NCBI GenBank assembly: GCA_001600815.1
Contig: BCKZ01000002.1
Location: forward strand, 372,001 to 436,000
Length of the DNA: 64,000 nucleotides
Direction of reading: 5' to 3'
From: Alloascoidea hylecoeti
Lineage: Eukaryota
Every line of letters begins with the position of its first letter. The first letter of the stretch is position 1. This document shows, one piece after another, positions 21,317 to 31,704 of the stretch. A model generated the notes under the pieces. That model was not told where the DNA came from. It saw only the letters and a program-made list of their open reading frames with translations, and did not search any database. Both the position numbers and the translations under genes were made by a program.

Positions 21317-24178
21317 ATGTTCGTCTTTCCGGCCAACAACGAAAGCTACCGGAATCGTAAGCGTACTTTTAAAGCCTGTGAACAATGTAAAAGACGACGG
21401 AAACGCTGTTTTCGAACAGACGGCTCCAAACTTTGTGGACCTTGCTCCAAATCTCATATAAAATGCAGCTTCCTATGCGACGACTCCAAGATTTCCGCCA
21501 CTCCACTTCATTCCCATAAAGACTCCAAGAACAAATCAGAATTGATTGTCTGCCAACAGAATTGCGAAAATTGTATCACCTTAGCTGATGCCTCATCTTC
21601 ACCCCAAAAGTCCAATGCTAAGGATCTTACACTATCACAGCCACTCCAACAATCACAATACCAACCAGAGCCATCCCTCGATATGGATACAACTATAGAA
21701 GATCATTCCATGTCATCCATGAATACACTACGAGAAGGTCATGAACCAGAGAGTCCGGTCGTTCAATCTCAAATAATGGGACAAATGCACAACCAATCTT
21801 CTCCAACAGAAATTCCTTCTTCATCTCATGATCAACAAAAAGAAAATAATCCACAACCTAATGAGAATACTATCAATACCAATGAACATGGTTCTGGCTT
21901 TATTACATCTTCGGAAGGCAACAATTTCTCTAGTTCAGTCTTTATTGGCGGTACAGATCCTACGTTGTATTTTACACGTGTTTCCACGATGAAAATTCCA
22001 GATAAATCAAATAGCATTCCAATCCCAACGAAACCAGATTGTTACCCCGGCAAAAGAAGACAGGGAAATAATAAGAGGACCCGTAGTGGTCGTGGTGCTG
22101 ATTATAAACTGGGGGTTTGGGTTGATAGTAATTACGAATCAAAATCGATAAGTCCTGAATATATGGCATATTTGGAATCTATTGATGCTTTTAAATTGCT
22201 CAGTAAAAAAAATACCGAAGCATTAATCACCATCTATTTTTCTACTTTTAACACCTTTTTCCCGATCTTAAATGAAGAGAAATTCAGAAAGTTATACGCT
22301 GAAGATAAATGTCCTACTGTGATTTTATATTCTGTCATATTAGTTGCAGCCAGGGAGACGGTTTCAAAAAAATATCTTGAAGGTGATTCTGTGCGTCATT
22401 TTTGCTCTTCAACTGTACAAAAAATTAAAGCACTATTATTTTCAGGAGTTGAGAAGGACAGGCTTGTCTTGCTCAGAGTTTATGCCTTACTGGCTCAACA
22501 CGCTGAAGGTCCAGAAGGGTTGGAAGATGCTTCGATGTATCTCCATAAAGCTGTACAATACGCTGTTATCCTTGGTCTACATCATGAAAGACCCTTTGTT
22601 GATAGGGAAGAAATGAGTCAGTTATGGTGGTCTATATTTTGTCTTGATCGAATAAGTTCCTATGTTAATGCAAACCCGCTTCATATTAATAGGCATGATA
22701 TGAGTATTCAATTCCCTAAAAATGATAGTACAAATTATTTATCTAAAATGGTTCAGGTTTGTTTACGTCTAGAAAGAGTACTTTCTTTATATCAACCTAA
22801 CGGTGATCGTCGTAAACTACCCAAAGATATCAATGAACCAATATTTTTCTATGATAAGGTTGGTAATAAATATAATGACATTTTGGCTGTTCTTGAATAC
22901 GCTGGTTCAATCGTTGCTCATAAATATAACGAACCACTTTGGAGTTCAGAATCAGAATCAGATATAGATGAAATAAAATATCCAAAAGTTAGACCTCCTT
23001 TAAAATCAAGAAAGACAAGTTCTGATAAAGTATCAAAATACATTGGAAGTTTAAAATTAGACGACTCAATCACAACAAATCAATTAACAGAATTACCGTC
23101 AAATTCAGACCGTTCGAAAGCTCTTGAAAGAAATCAAAAACAACTTGAAAAAATGCAATTATTAAATGCTGCTTTTGAAATTTTAAAAATTATTAAATAT
23201 AATGAAGATTTACCTTGCATGTTTTTCATCCCTTATTGCATATCATTAACATTAACTGTCTTCTTACGAACCTATCCAGAGATTGCTGAAAAACGAACGG
23301 AAGATACATTTCTTTCTTTTTCTTGGAAAGACAGCGTTGAGATGCTAAGCAAACTATCGGATAAATGGTGGATCGCAAAAGTAATGAGTAGAATGGGAGA
23401 ATCTATTTTCAACGCTTTAGATAAAGAACGGTCGAATACCAATAATACCAGTGCAAATGCGAGTAATTCCAATAGCACTGTACAGATGAATATGAATACG
23501 AATATGAATTATTCTACTTCAAGCTTCAAAACTCAGAAATCTAGTTCAAGATCAAGATCTCATTCTGGTTCGCCACGTTACTCGGCTAATACTACACCCG
23601 TTAGCGTTAATTCCCAGGCCCCTGATAACTTTCAACAGATGCATAATAGCCCATTTCCGACGCCTGACAAAGAGCTTAATATCCATCCGTTTGGTATAAT
23701 ATCAAATAACCTATCAACGGGTAAGCAACAGGTTCCCCCACCACCCTCGTTACCACAAGCACAACAGCCAACGGTATTTGATGCATTAGGAAACTGGCCA
23801 CTTTCTCCAGCTGATGATGTATTTGAAAATAACCCTACTAACCAAAATAACAATCTCTCACAAACCTTTGAAAACGTTTTAGAGAATGAGCAACCTTTCA
23901 TTGCAACTACTAATGCAACCACTCAACCACACGATCTTTTATTACCAAACACAACAATGCCTTCACAAGGAGGCTACCCTGCTTACAATAATGCATCTTT
24001 AGAGGAACAATTTTTAATGATGTTTTCTGAATTACCAAATACAACAAGTTTCTTATCCTCTTTTAACTCATCTACCAATTTGGCGGCAGGAAATGCTTTA
24101 AATTCAAATTCAGCAAATAACAACAATAATAACGTTTTTAACTTTATGAATCTAGATGATGTCGATTATAACCTATAG
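21317..24178 (+). CDS. Zn(II)2Cys6 transcription factor with fungal middle-homology domain
   Basis: CEQCKRRRKRC...CGPCSKSHIKC, YFSTFNTFFPIL, LGLH...LWWSIFCLDR, and an Asn/Gln-rich acidic C-terminus. Confidence 0.93.
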   Translation: MFVFPANNESYRNRKRTFKACEQCKRRRKRCFRTDGSKLCGPCSKSHIKCSFLCDDSKISATPLHSHKDSKNKSELIVCQQNCENCITLADASSSPQKSNAKDLTLSQPLQQSQYQPEPSLDMDTTIEDHSMSSMNTLREGHEPESPVVQSQIMGQMHNQSSPTEIPSSSHDQQKENNPQPNENTINTNEHGSGFITSSEGNNFSSSVFIGGTDPTLYFTRVSTMKIPDKSNSIPIPTKPDCYPGKRRQGNNKRTRSGRGADYKLGVWVDSNYESKSISPEYMAYLESIDAFKLLSKKNTEALITIYFSTFNTFFPILNEEKFRKLYAEDKCPTVILYSVILVAARETVSKKYLEGDSVRHFCSSTVQKIKALLFSGVEKDRLVLLRVYALLAQHAEGPEGLEDASMYLHKAVQYAVILGLHHERPFVDREEMSQLWWSIFCLDRISSYVNANPLHINRHDMSIQFPKNDSTNYLSKMVQVCLRLERVLSLYQPNGDRRKLPKDINEPIFFYDKVGNKYNDILAVLEYAGSIVAHKYNEPLWSSESESDIDEIKYPKVRPPLKSRKTSSDKVSKYIGSLKLDDSITTNQLTELPSNSDRSKALERNQKQLEKMQLLNAAFEILKIIKYNEDLPCMFFIPYCISLTLTVFLRTYPEIAEKRTEDTFLSFSWKDSVEMLSKLSDKWWIAKVMSRMGESIFNALDKERSNTNNTSANASNSNSTVQMNMNTNMNYSTSSFKTQKSSSRSRSHSGSPRYSANTTPVSVNSQAPDNFQQMHNSPFPTPDKELNIHPFGIISNNLSTGKQQVPPPPSLPQAQQPTVFDALGNWPLSPADDVFENNPTNQNNNLSQTFENVLENEQPFIATTNATTQPHDLLLPNTTMPSQGGYPAYNNASLEEQFLMMFSELPNTTSFLSSFNSSTNLAAGNALNSNSANNNNNNVFNFMNLDDVDYNL

Positions 24179-26555
24179 GCTTACTCATATATTTTTATTA
24201 TTCCATTTGTATATTTTTCCCTCATGAAAATGAAAAACAAGAAAAACATTACCTTTTTATTATTGGTCATTTTATTTTATATTATTTGATTTGAATTTTT
24301 TATTATATTTTTATTTTATATACCTCATGGGATGGTTTTTATTTTGCGTTTTATTGTTATTGGCATATAAACAGTGACATTTGAATATAAATGTCAATTA
24401 TAATGAATGAAATTTGATGTTTGGCTGTTAAGAACTGATTAATTGAAGTCAAGACTATACTTGGGATTTATGCAACGTTAACAAGCTTAAGGGTTATTGT
24501 TATATTAAATTTTATAAATTTCTTTCCAGTTGTAATTTGGAGACCTTTCTTTTTATTTTTCTTTATTTGTCCGTTGTCTTAGTATAATGCATATGTCTTC
24601 TTTTCATTTTCATTTTCATAAATAGCGAAAAATCTTATATTTAGATATAGAAAATTCACAAATCGACTTGTTGAAAATCTAAAGATGTGCATAAATCCAC
24701 CCTCATATTAATTACTCATTTGGTCGTGGCATAACAATATGACATCATAAGATTTGATATATCGTAGAACCATGAGTTAATCCACTTAATTATAAGAAGT
24801 CATTAACATTCCTTTCTCACTCCAGTAGAATCAGTATCCCACTCGGAACTTCTAGATATAAATCATATAACCTTACTTCTATAGCTACTACATCCTTCTG
24901 CACTCATATCAGTCATTAAATAGATTTACTATGGTATAAATAGACCTAGGTCAAACTTTCCTCTAATAAAAACCATCTGAATATCGATGTCATTCTGTTA
25001 AAGTCATTCTCAATCTACTATCTAGATTTCATAATATTAATAAGAGAATTTTACTTCACCGTACTTCATTCTAGAAGAAAAACCTTGTATGATTGTATAC
25101 CACAACACAGCCATGATCTTTAAATTTCGGTTTTAAAAGATACCTGATTATATAAATTATAAGCTGTAATTTATGTAGACAATATTTTTGCTTACAATAT
25201 ATGGTTAAAAATATATAGAATCTTTGAATGCTAATATATATATCCCTTCAAATTCACTCCTAATATTAATTAATATCATTTGAAACGACTTTTCCTCAAA
25301 GCAACCACTTCCACTATGAACTGGGTAACTGTCTATGCTTTCGACATCGAAGTGATCAAGACTAAATATTTCGGAATTTGGTTTAAGTAAATTACGTCTC
25401 CCGCTTGAACTACAATGGTTTGAGTTAAACTTTGGGAAATTTTATCCTTGTCGAAATCATTCTTATACACTAATATCGACCACTTGTTGACTGTATATTC
25501 ACCCAGATTTAAAATTATAAGCCCATATTTCAAATTATTTATTCGGCCACATGATGAAATTTTATTCGACTATATATAATCACCTCACTTAATTTCAGGT
25601 ACTTTGTCCAATAAGTAATCGCAAAACACAGCATTTTCAAGTCTCAAACAGCTACGGTTATAGGCAACACGTTGGTATACATTCAAAATGAGGGAAGCGC
25701 ATGATTTTCCCATAAATTTGAAAATTACAGATCTTTATTGTTATTAAATATCTCCAGACTTCAAAAAGGTTCATTTGAAGTTTAATAAATTGGATATGTG
25801 TATTAATTTTCCAGTTATCAATGGTTAACAGCAAGTTTCAACCAGAGGGTATATAAATCATAGATATAAGGCTTTATATACTTTTACAAATATATATTAA
25901 AAAGAAACGCGATCAACTCGAAGTATTTTCGTCTCGAGATTGTGGCCATGAATGAATAATCTTCAGGATTCATAGAATTAGCTATGCATAACCATAGCAT
26001 TAAACTTGCTTACTATATGGATAGATCTATATGCAGTAACTTCTAAACAGCAGAAAGGTAATCTAACAAGAAAAGAAACTAAGATGAATTTTTTACAGTT
26101 TTGGAATTCTATCATATATATTGGTCAATGATATCGATGAGGAACATATCCTTAACATGGACTACTGTATTTGGATTATTGTAACTCTGGTGGCATTTTC
26201 ACTAAATATGAAGAATTATATCTATAACTAGGATAAATATATATGCATATGCTTGCAACAATTAATTAAATCATCTGTACTGCCATAAATGTGAAATAGG
26301 ATGGATCTAAACCAATTCAATCTTTTATTTTTGATATATATAACATAATATAAATGGGATAAGTAGTCCGAAGCAAATGTTATTATTGATTAAATGTACT
26401 AAATCCGTTTTTAACAATTAATACCCATTTCCTAATTAAATCTAGAAAAAAAAGAGATAGCTGATAACTTTCTCCGAATGCTTATATATATGATATAATC
26501 GATGAAATGGAAAGATGGATAAATATGGGACGTTACAAGAAGCCCTTTTGATGGC

Positions 26556-27200
26556 TTACTTCCTGTACCATAATCTAGTAATCTTTGTATGCATTATTTT
26601 CTTTTGCAATTGGAAAATGCCATATAAAAGAGCTTCAGCTGTTGGAGGACATCCTGGGACATAAACATCAACTGGGACTACTCTATCACAGCCTCTAACG
26701 ACTGAGTAAGAATAATGGTAATAACCACCACCATTAGCACAAGAACCCATAGAAATGACCCATCTTGGTTGTGGCATTTGATCGTAGACTTGTCTTAATG
26801 CGGGAGCCATCTTATTTGTTAAAGTACCAGCAACAATCATGATATCCGACTGACGGGGAGAACCTCTGAAAATAATACCTAAACGATCTTGATCATACCG
26901 AGGAGTAGAAAGATGCATCATCTCTACAGCACAACAGGCCAAACCAAACGTAACAGGCCAGAAAGAACTTTTACGACCCCAGTTAGCTATGGCATCAAGA
27001 GAGGTCAATGCATAGTCCACGACGCTCTTTGGCTTTTGTTGGGTAATAAGAGGGAAATCAGTTGGCATATTACTCTTTGGTATATCAACACCCTGTGTAG
27101 AAACCTGTCGTACACCCATTTTAGCTATCGTAGGAATTAATTGGTTGGAGACCAATGACCGTCGGATCAAGGCCATCGAGGATGTGTTTGGTTTCATCAT
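26556..27200 (-). CDS. NADH:ubiquinone oxidoreductase PSST/NUKM (NDUFS7) Fe-S subunit
   Basis: [30 protein letters not shown] and [11 protein letters not shown], with a mitochondrial presequence. Confidence 0.97.
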   Translation of the reverse strand: MMKPNTSSMALIRRSLVSNQLIPTIAKMGVRQVSTQGVDIPKSNMPTDFPLITQQKPKSVVDYALTSLDAIANWGRKSSFWPVTFGLACCAVEMMHLSTPRYDQDRLGIIFRGSPRQSDIMIVAGTLTNKMAPALRQVYDQMPQPRWVISMGSCANGGGYYHYSYSVVRGCDRVVPVDVYVPGCPPTAEALLYGIFQLQKKIMHTKITRLWYRK

Positions 27201-27317
27201 CTTAATTTGTGGATGTTGTGGATAAACGAAGTCGATGGTTAAAGAGAAGAAACTTATTCTTTCAAACCCACAGAAAAATGAAAGATTGAGACGGCTTGTT
27301 TACTTACAACAATTCTG

Positions 27318-27404
27318 ATTGGCCGATTGAATAAGTTACCCGGACACATACTATGTTATGTAATCATCTCCAGTTGGATGACAAAAAATTCATCAGTCAC
27401 GTGA
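27318..27404. promoter_or_regulatory. CCAAT box, Reb1-type site and CACGTG E-box upstream of the PSST gene
   Basis: ATTGG at 27318, TTACCCGG at 27336-27343, GTCACGTGA at ~27396-27404. Confidence 0.5.
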
Positions 27405-27662
27405 GCTTATTTTAAGATAATCAACCTTTTATAATTTTTTAATGTTAATAGTAAAAACTACATGAAAAGATTCTAACTTATATTCTAAGCATTCTATTCA
27501 AGTACCAGGTCAATTGAAAATAACAAATTAATAATATAATGAAATCATCGGAAATACTTTTTTAGACCATATGAAAAAGTACAATGTTAAAAATAAATTT
27601 AAAAGATAAAAAAGCAAGTAATAGCAAAAACAATAACAATAACCAACCTATAATATATAATA

Positions 27663-30323
27663 TTATGCAAACTTTTGAGCTTCTTCTGCTAAATCCCATT
27701 TCATATCTTTACTCCACTCCACACCATTATTAAGGACATTACCTAAAACAAATGCTTCATTTTCGGTGATATCATCACTATTTTGTTGGGAACCTTCATC
27801 GAATTCATTGAAAAATGACATACTTGGCCTTTTCCCTTTTGTCATTCTTTTAATTGGAGTAACTCCAGGGATTGCTGCTGATGCTAACATAGATGAAGAC
27901 AAAATCGGTTGATCTGGGGTCTTATCAATATCATACATAAAGCCTTCCCAAAGAGAATCAGTATCCTTGACATCAAGATTATTATCCATATTACTAGCAC
28001 AGAACCCATCAAGTGTTATATTTCCGATTTCAAGAACAGGATCATTGTTTACATCCTTTAATGCATTGATACTGGCGGATTCAGTATTATGTATGTTATC
28101 TTGATCATCTGATTGTTCCTTAGTCTTATTTTTTCTACCTGCGATTGGTGTTGATAAAGGGTCAACCAATGAAATTTCTGTTGTATTTGAGATCACTGTA
28201 TCACTATGGTCCTCTTGTCGTTCCCACGTATTATTATTTCTAATAGCGGCAGTTGGTGTTGATGAGATAGGATCAAGTAGTGATATTTCTGATGTATTTT
28301 CAATCACTGTATTACTAGAGTTGTCATTTATAGCTTGGGTAATGATTGACTCCAATTCAGTTTTATTCATTGGAGGTACAAGTGATGTTTGATCACTAGA
28401 GATTGATTTCCTATTTTGTACCTTTGAAGTAATCGCATCCAGTGATGATGTGGATGACTTAGATCTCGAGTGTGGGAAATTATGGCTTTCAACACCATTA
28501 TTAATTGAAGCTGAACTTAATCCTTTTGAAGAAGATTCATGTGTCTGTGATAGTGAAGTTTTTAGGACTGGTATAGAAGGGTAATGTAAAGATGGTATAT
28601 TTATATTTTTGTTAAAAACATAATCATGAGCATCAGTAGAATTAAATGCTTGACAACGAGGCAAATTCCCACTCGTACTACTTCTTCGGGGGTTCGGTTT
28701 CTTTGATTCTTTACTAATGTCAATTTGAAATTGTGACATTGAAGAGAACATTTTATCATAAGTTGGTAGATTATTCTTGGTTATTCCAGTGTGAAATGAC
28801 AACGATCTTTGATGAGCATCTGATTTTTTAGAAGCATTGCTATTAGATCTTTCGCTGTGTCTACTATTTGGACGGCTCTCGCCGCTAAATATTCCCATAG
28901 TTGGTTTCACTCCAGTAGGATCAGACACAATTCGTAAACAAGGTACAACTTTAGTTGATGCGAATTTGATTGGGGTTGGAGAGGGTAGGAATTGAGATGG
29001 AGTATTGGGATTATTAGCCTTAATCGTTGCCTTTTCTGACTCAATTAAAATTGTTGTCGGTGAAGAAAGATTGATAGGTTTAGCTGGGGTCTTGAAGTCT
29101 TCATTGGTTATTGGAACCTTTTTCTTATCGTCTGAATTATTTGGTCTTGATGGAGTTTTGGCTAACTTGCATTCTGAACCGATATTATCATTCCTTTCAG
29201 TGATATTTTTTCCTTTTAATTGTACCTTCTTTTTTTGTGCTAATATTCGATTTTTTGATTTAGGAACAATTAGTTGAGAAATTTGATTCTTTGTAGTTGT
29301 AAACGATTTAGTTTCTTCTGATATCAACTTTGACTCACGTAATACAGAGAATTTTCCCTTGTGGCCACTCACTAACCTTCTTTTTTTAGGAGGTTCAACA
29401 GGATCGATTTTGAACTGGTTGAAAGGTGAGGATGTCATGAAAGATTGAGCTTGTCGTGAAACTTCATTATATCTATTGATACTGTTTCCAATAACAGCAG
29501 AGTTCATAGGCGATATCGTGGCTTCGCTATAGGCATGAGCTCTCTTAATAGGTTTTGATTCACCATGTTTGAAATTATCCAGAGGTAATCGATAAGACCC
29601 CTGTGGAGAGTTGACATTCGAGTTTGTGGGATAAGGTAAATTATTGTTATTATAAATTGGAGGTATAATAATTTGCTGGTATGGAGTGTTGTGATTTGGT
29701 ATCTGATTGTGAAAGGGTGATGGTAGATTAGGAGTAGGAGTAGGAGGAGTCATAGCTTGGCTTGACATCGGTTGATATAGAGAATCTGAGATCATGTAGT
29801 TATTCATGGCATGATTTTGTTGGTTTCGTTGAGACTGGAGATTTTGCCTTAGTGAATCTTTATATCCCTCTTGTCGATTAATATTAGTATTTAGAGTTAT
29901 ATGTTTATATTCAGGCACAGTCCCTGGGGAATATATGGATTGAATCAATGGAGGAAGGCCATCTTGTAAATAACTTAGTTCAACGTCGCGTATTCTATCT
30001 AGATTTGGTTTGGAGTGGTTTGGAGACGTTGGACACAAAAGTTGTTGTGGGTGTTGTTTTAAAAACTCTTCTTGCTGAAAAATTTGATCTTGATAATATT
30101 TGAGATCTGGATGTTGTGCTATATTTGAATATGGAGCAGAGTAAGTTCTATTTACGTTTGCTAAATGTATAGTTGAAGGGTCATTGTAGAATAGTTGATT
30201 AGGATAGTAATTGTCTTGTTGTAACGGCAAAGGCTGAGTATTCTGAGATACAAGTTTATTCATAAGTGGTATCTCTTCATGTGATATCCTCGGCTGATAG
30301 AATGGACTGTGATCTAAATTCAT
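27663..30323 (-). CDS. Unassigned ~886-aa Gln/Asn/Pro/Ser-rich, largely disordered protein
   Basis: Long ORF with first in-frame ATG at 30323, NLS-like PPKKRR, many S/T-P sites and an acidic C-terminus. Family not recognised. Confidence 0.75.
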   Translation of the reverse strand: MNLDHSPFYQPRISHEEIPLMNKLVSQNTQPLPLQQDNYYPNQLFYNDPSTIHLANVNRTYSAPYSNIAQHPDLKYYQDQIFQQEEFLKQHPQQLLCPTSPNHSKPNLDRIRDVELSYLQDGLPPLIQSIYSPGTVPEYKHITLNTNINRQEGYKDSLRQNLQSQRNQQNHAMNNYMISDSLYQPMSSQAMTPPTPTPNLPSPFHNQIPNHNTPYQQIIIPPIYNNNNLPYPTNSNVNSPQGSYRLPLDNFKHGESKPIKRAHAYSEATISPMNSAVIGNSINRYNEVSRQAQSFMTSSPFNQFKIDPVEPPKKRRLVSGHKGKFSVLRESKLISEETKSFTTTKNQISQLIVPKSKNRILAQKKKVQLKGKNITERNDNIGSECKLAKTPSRPNNSDDKKKVPITNEDFKTPAKPINLSSPTTILIESEKATIKANNPNTPSQFLPSPTPIKFASTKVVPCLRIVSDPTGVKPTMGIFSGESRPNSRHSERSNSNASKKSDAHQRSLSFHTGITKNNLPTYDKMFSSMSQFQIDISKESKKPNPRRSSTSGNLPRCQAFNSTDAHDYVFNKNINIPSLHYPSIPVLKTSLSQTHESSSKGLSSASINNGVESHNFPHSRSKSSTSSLDAITSKVQNRKSISSDQTSLVPPMNKTELESIITQAINDNSSNTVIENTSEISLLDPISSTPTAAIRNNNTWERQEDHSDTVISNTTEISLVDPLSTPIAGRKNKTKEQSDDQDNIHNTESASINALKDVNNDPVLEIGNITLDGFCASNMDNNLDVKDTDSLWEGFMYDIDKTPDQPILSSSMLASAAIPGVTPIKRMTKGKRPSMSFFNEFDEGSQQNSDDITENEAFVLGNVLNNGVEWSKDMKWDLAEEAQKFA

Positions 30324-31704
30324 TATACTATTGCTGTGATACACTAGGAATGAATGTTCAGTTAGGTATATACAATGTATGAAGATGAGATGAGTCCGCC
30401 AATCCTGACCACCAGAATGTTTATAATGTGAAGTAAATACCTTTTCATAGTTAGCAGAAGTGATATAAAATGGTGTAGAAGAAGAAAATGTGTAACAAAA
30501 TAAAAAAGTAACTGCACGTGTTTTTTAATTGCGTTGCAAAAGTAAACAAAGCGTGATATCGGGAGTGTATGGATGTTTGGGTCTACGACATGCAGGGGAT
30601 TTGGATTTGGGACCTGCAGGGTGATAAAACCAGAAACTTATCGTTTTGATATGGGGCCACATTCAATGTGTTAGAAATGTATTCAACACTCCACCGATTT
30701 TCGTAAGTTGCATATATCTATCTACCCAATCTTTTGTGAAAATCACTCATATAAGCCCGGCCCCGATCGATATTATTTTTAGTACCTGCAGCCTTAAGCT
30801 TGCAATTCCATGCATTCCAAATCATTTTTATAAAATTCAAATTTATTATAGGCTGGACATTGGATTGGCATATCTTCTTTTCGCAAATTATCCTGAATTT
30901 AAACCTCAAAACTTACTTTTGAATTTTATAAAGGCGGAAGCTTATACAAATGTGGTGTTAATTTTTAACGGTATTTGAAATTATATAAGATTCCTCAACT
31001 ATGACATCTGCTAATTACGCAATAATGTTCACCATCAATTCATTTCCAATCTTGAAATAGATCTTACTATAGAGTGTATAATTTAATACAATTGCAATAA
31101 ATCGGTAGTCATTTCTAGAATCGATTTTAAAGAGGAAATTTAAAAACTATGATAAATAATCATCAAACACTTCAAGAATGGTGATACTTTATTTATATTT
31201 ATGCTTAAACTTCATTATTAAACATATCAAGAATGTTGGTATACTTTATTTATATTTAGAGGTCTCCACACAAAATTCGCCTTTCAGTTATCGAGTTTAA
31301 CTATAAGATTTTGATCCTGCAGTTGTAAATGTAACTGTAATATATCATTATAAGCTTGGGAATAACTAACTGACCTTCTATTAAGATTCGTTTTACCTCA
31401 TAATGTTCCCTCTATTATCCCTATTCTAGGCCTGAGCATCATAAAACGTTAGAATTTATAATAAGCGCCGAAACATGGCACGTTAGAGTTGCATACATTT
31501 TATTTCCAAGATAACCTTTTTGTGGAACTTTCTAATTATAGTTAATATTTCCTATATTTAAATACTCATTTTCCCTGATACTACTTTTTATATAGGAATT
31601 TTATATCATATATATCTCAAGAAAATCTTGTCTCACTCTCTTTAAATCAATATTTTACAATAAACCAACTAGTTTTCACTCTTTAATACTACTACATATT
31701 TAAA

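Noticed and set aside
30646..30978. 110-aa ORF upstream of the adhesin
   Set aside because: TTG start, no recognisable motif, and it lies in a divergent promoter region.
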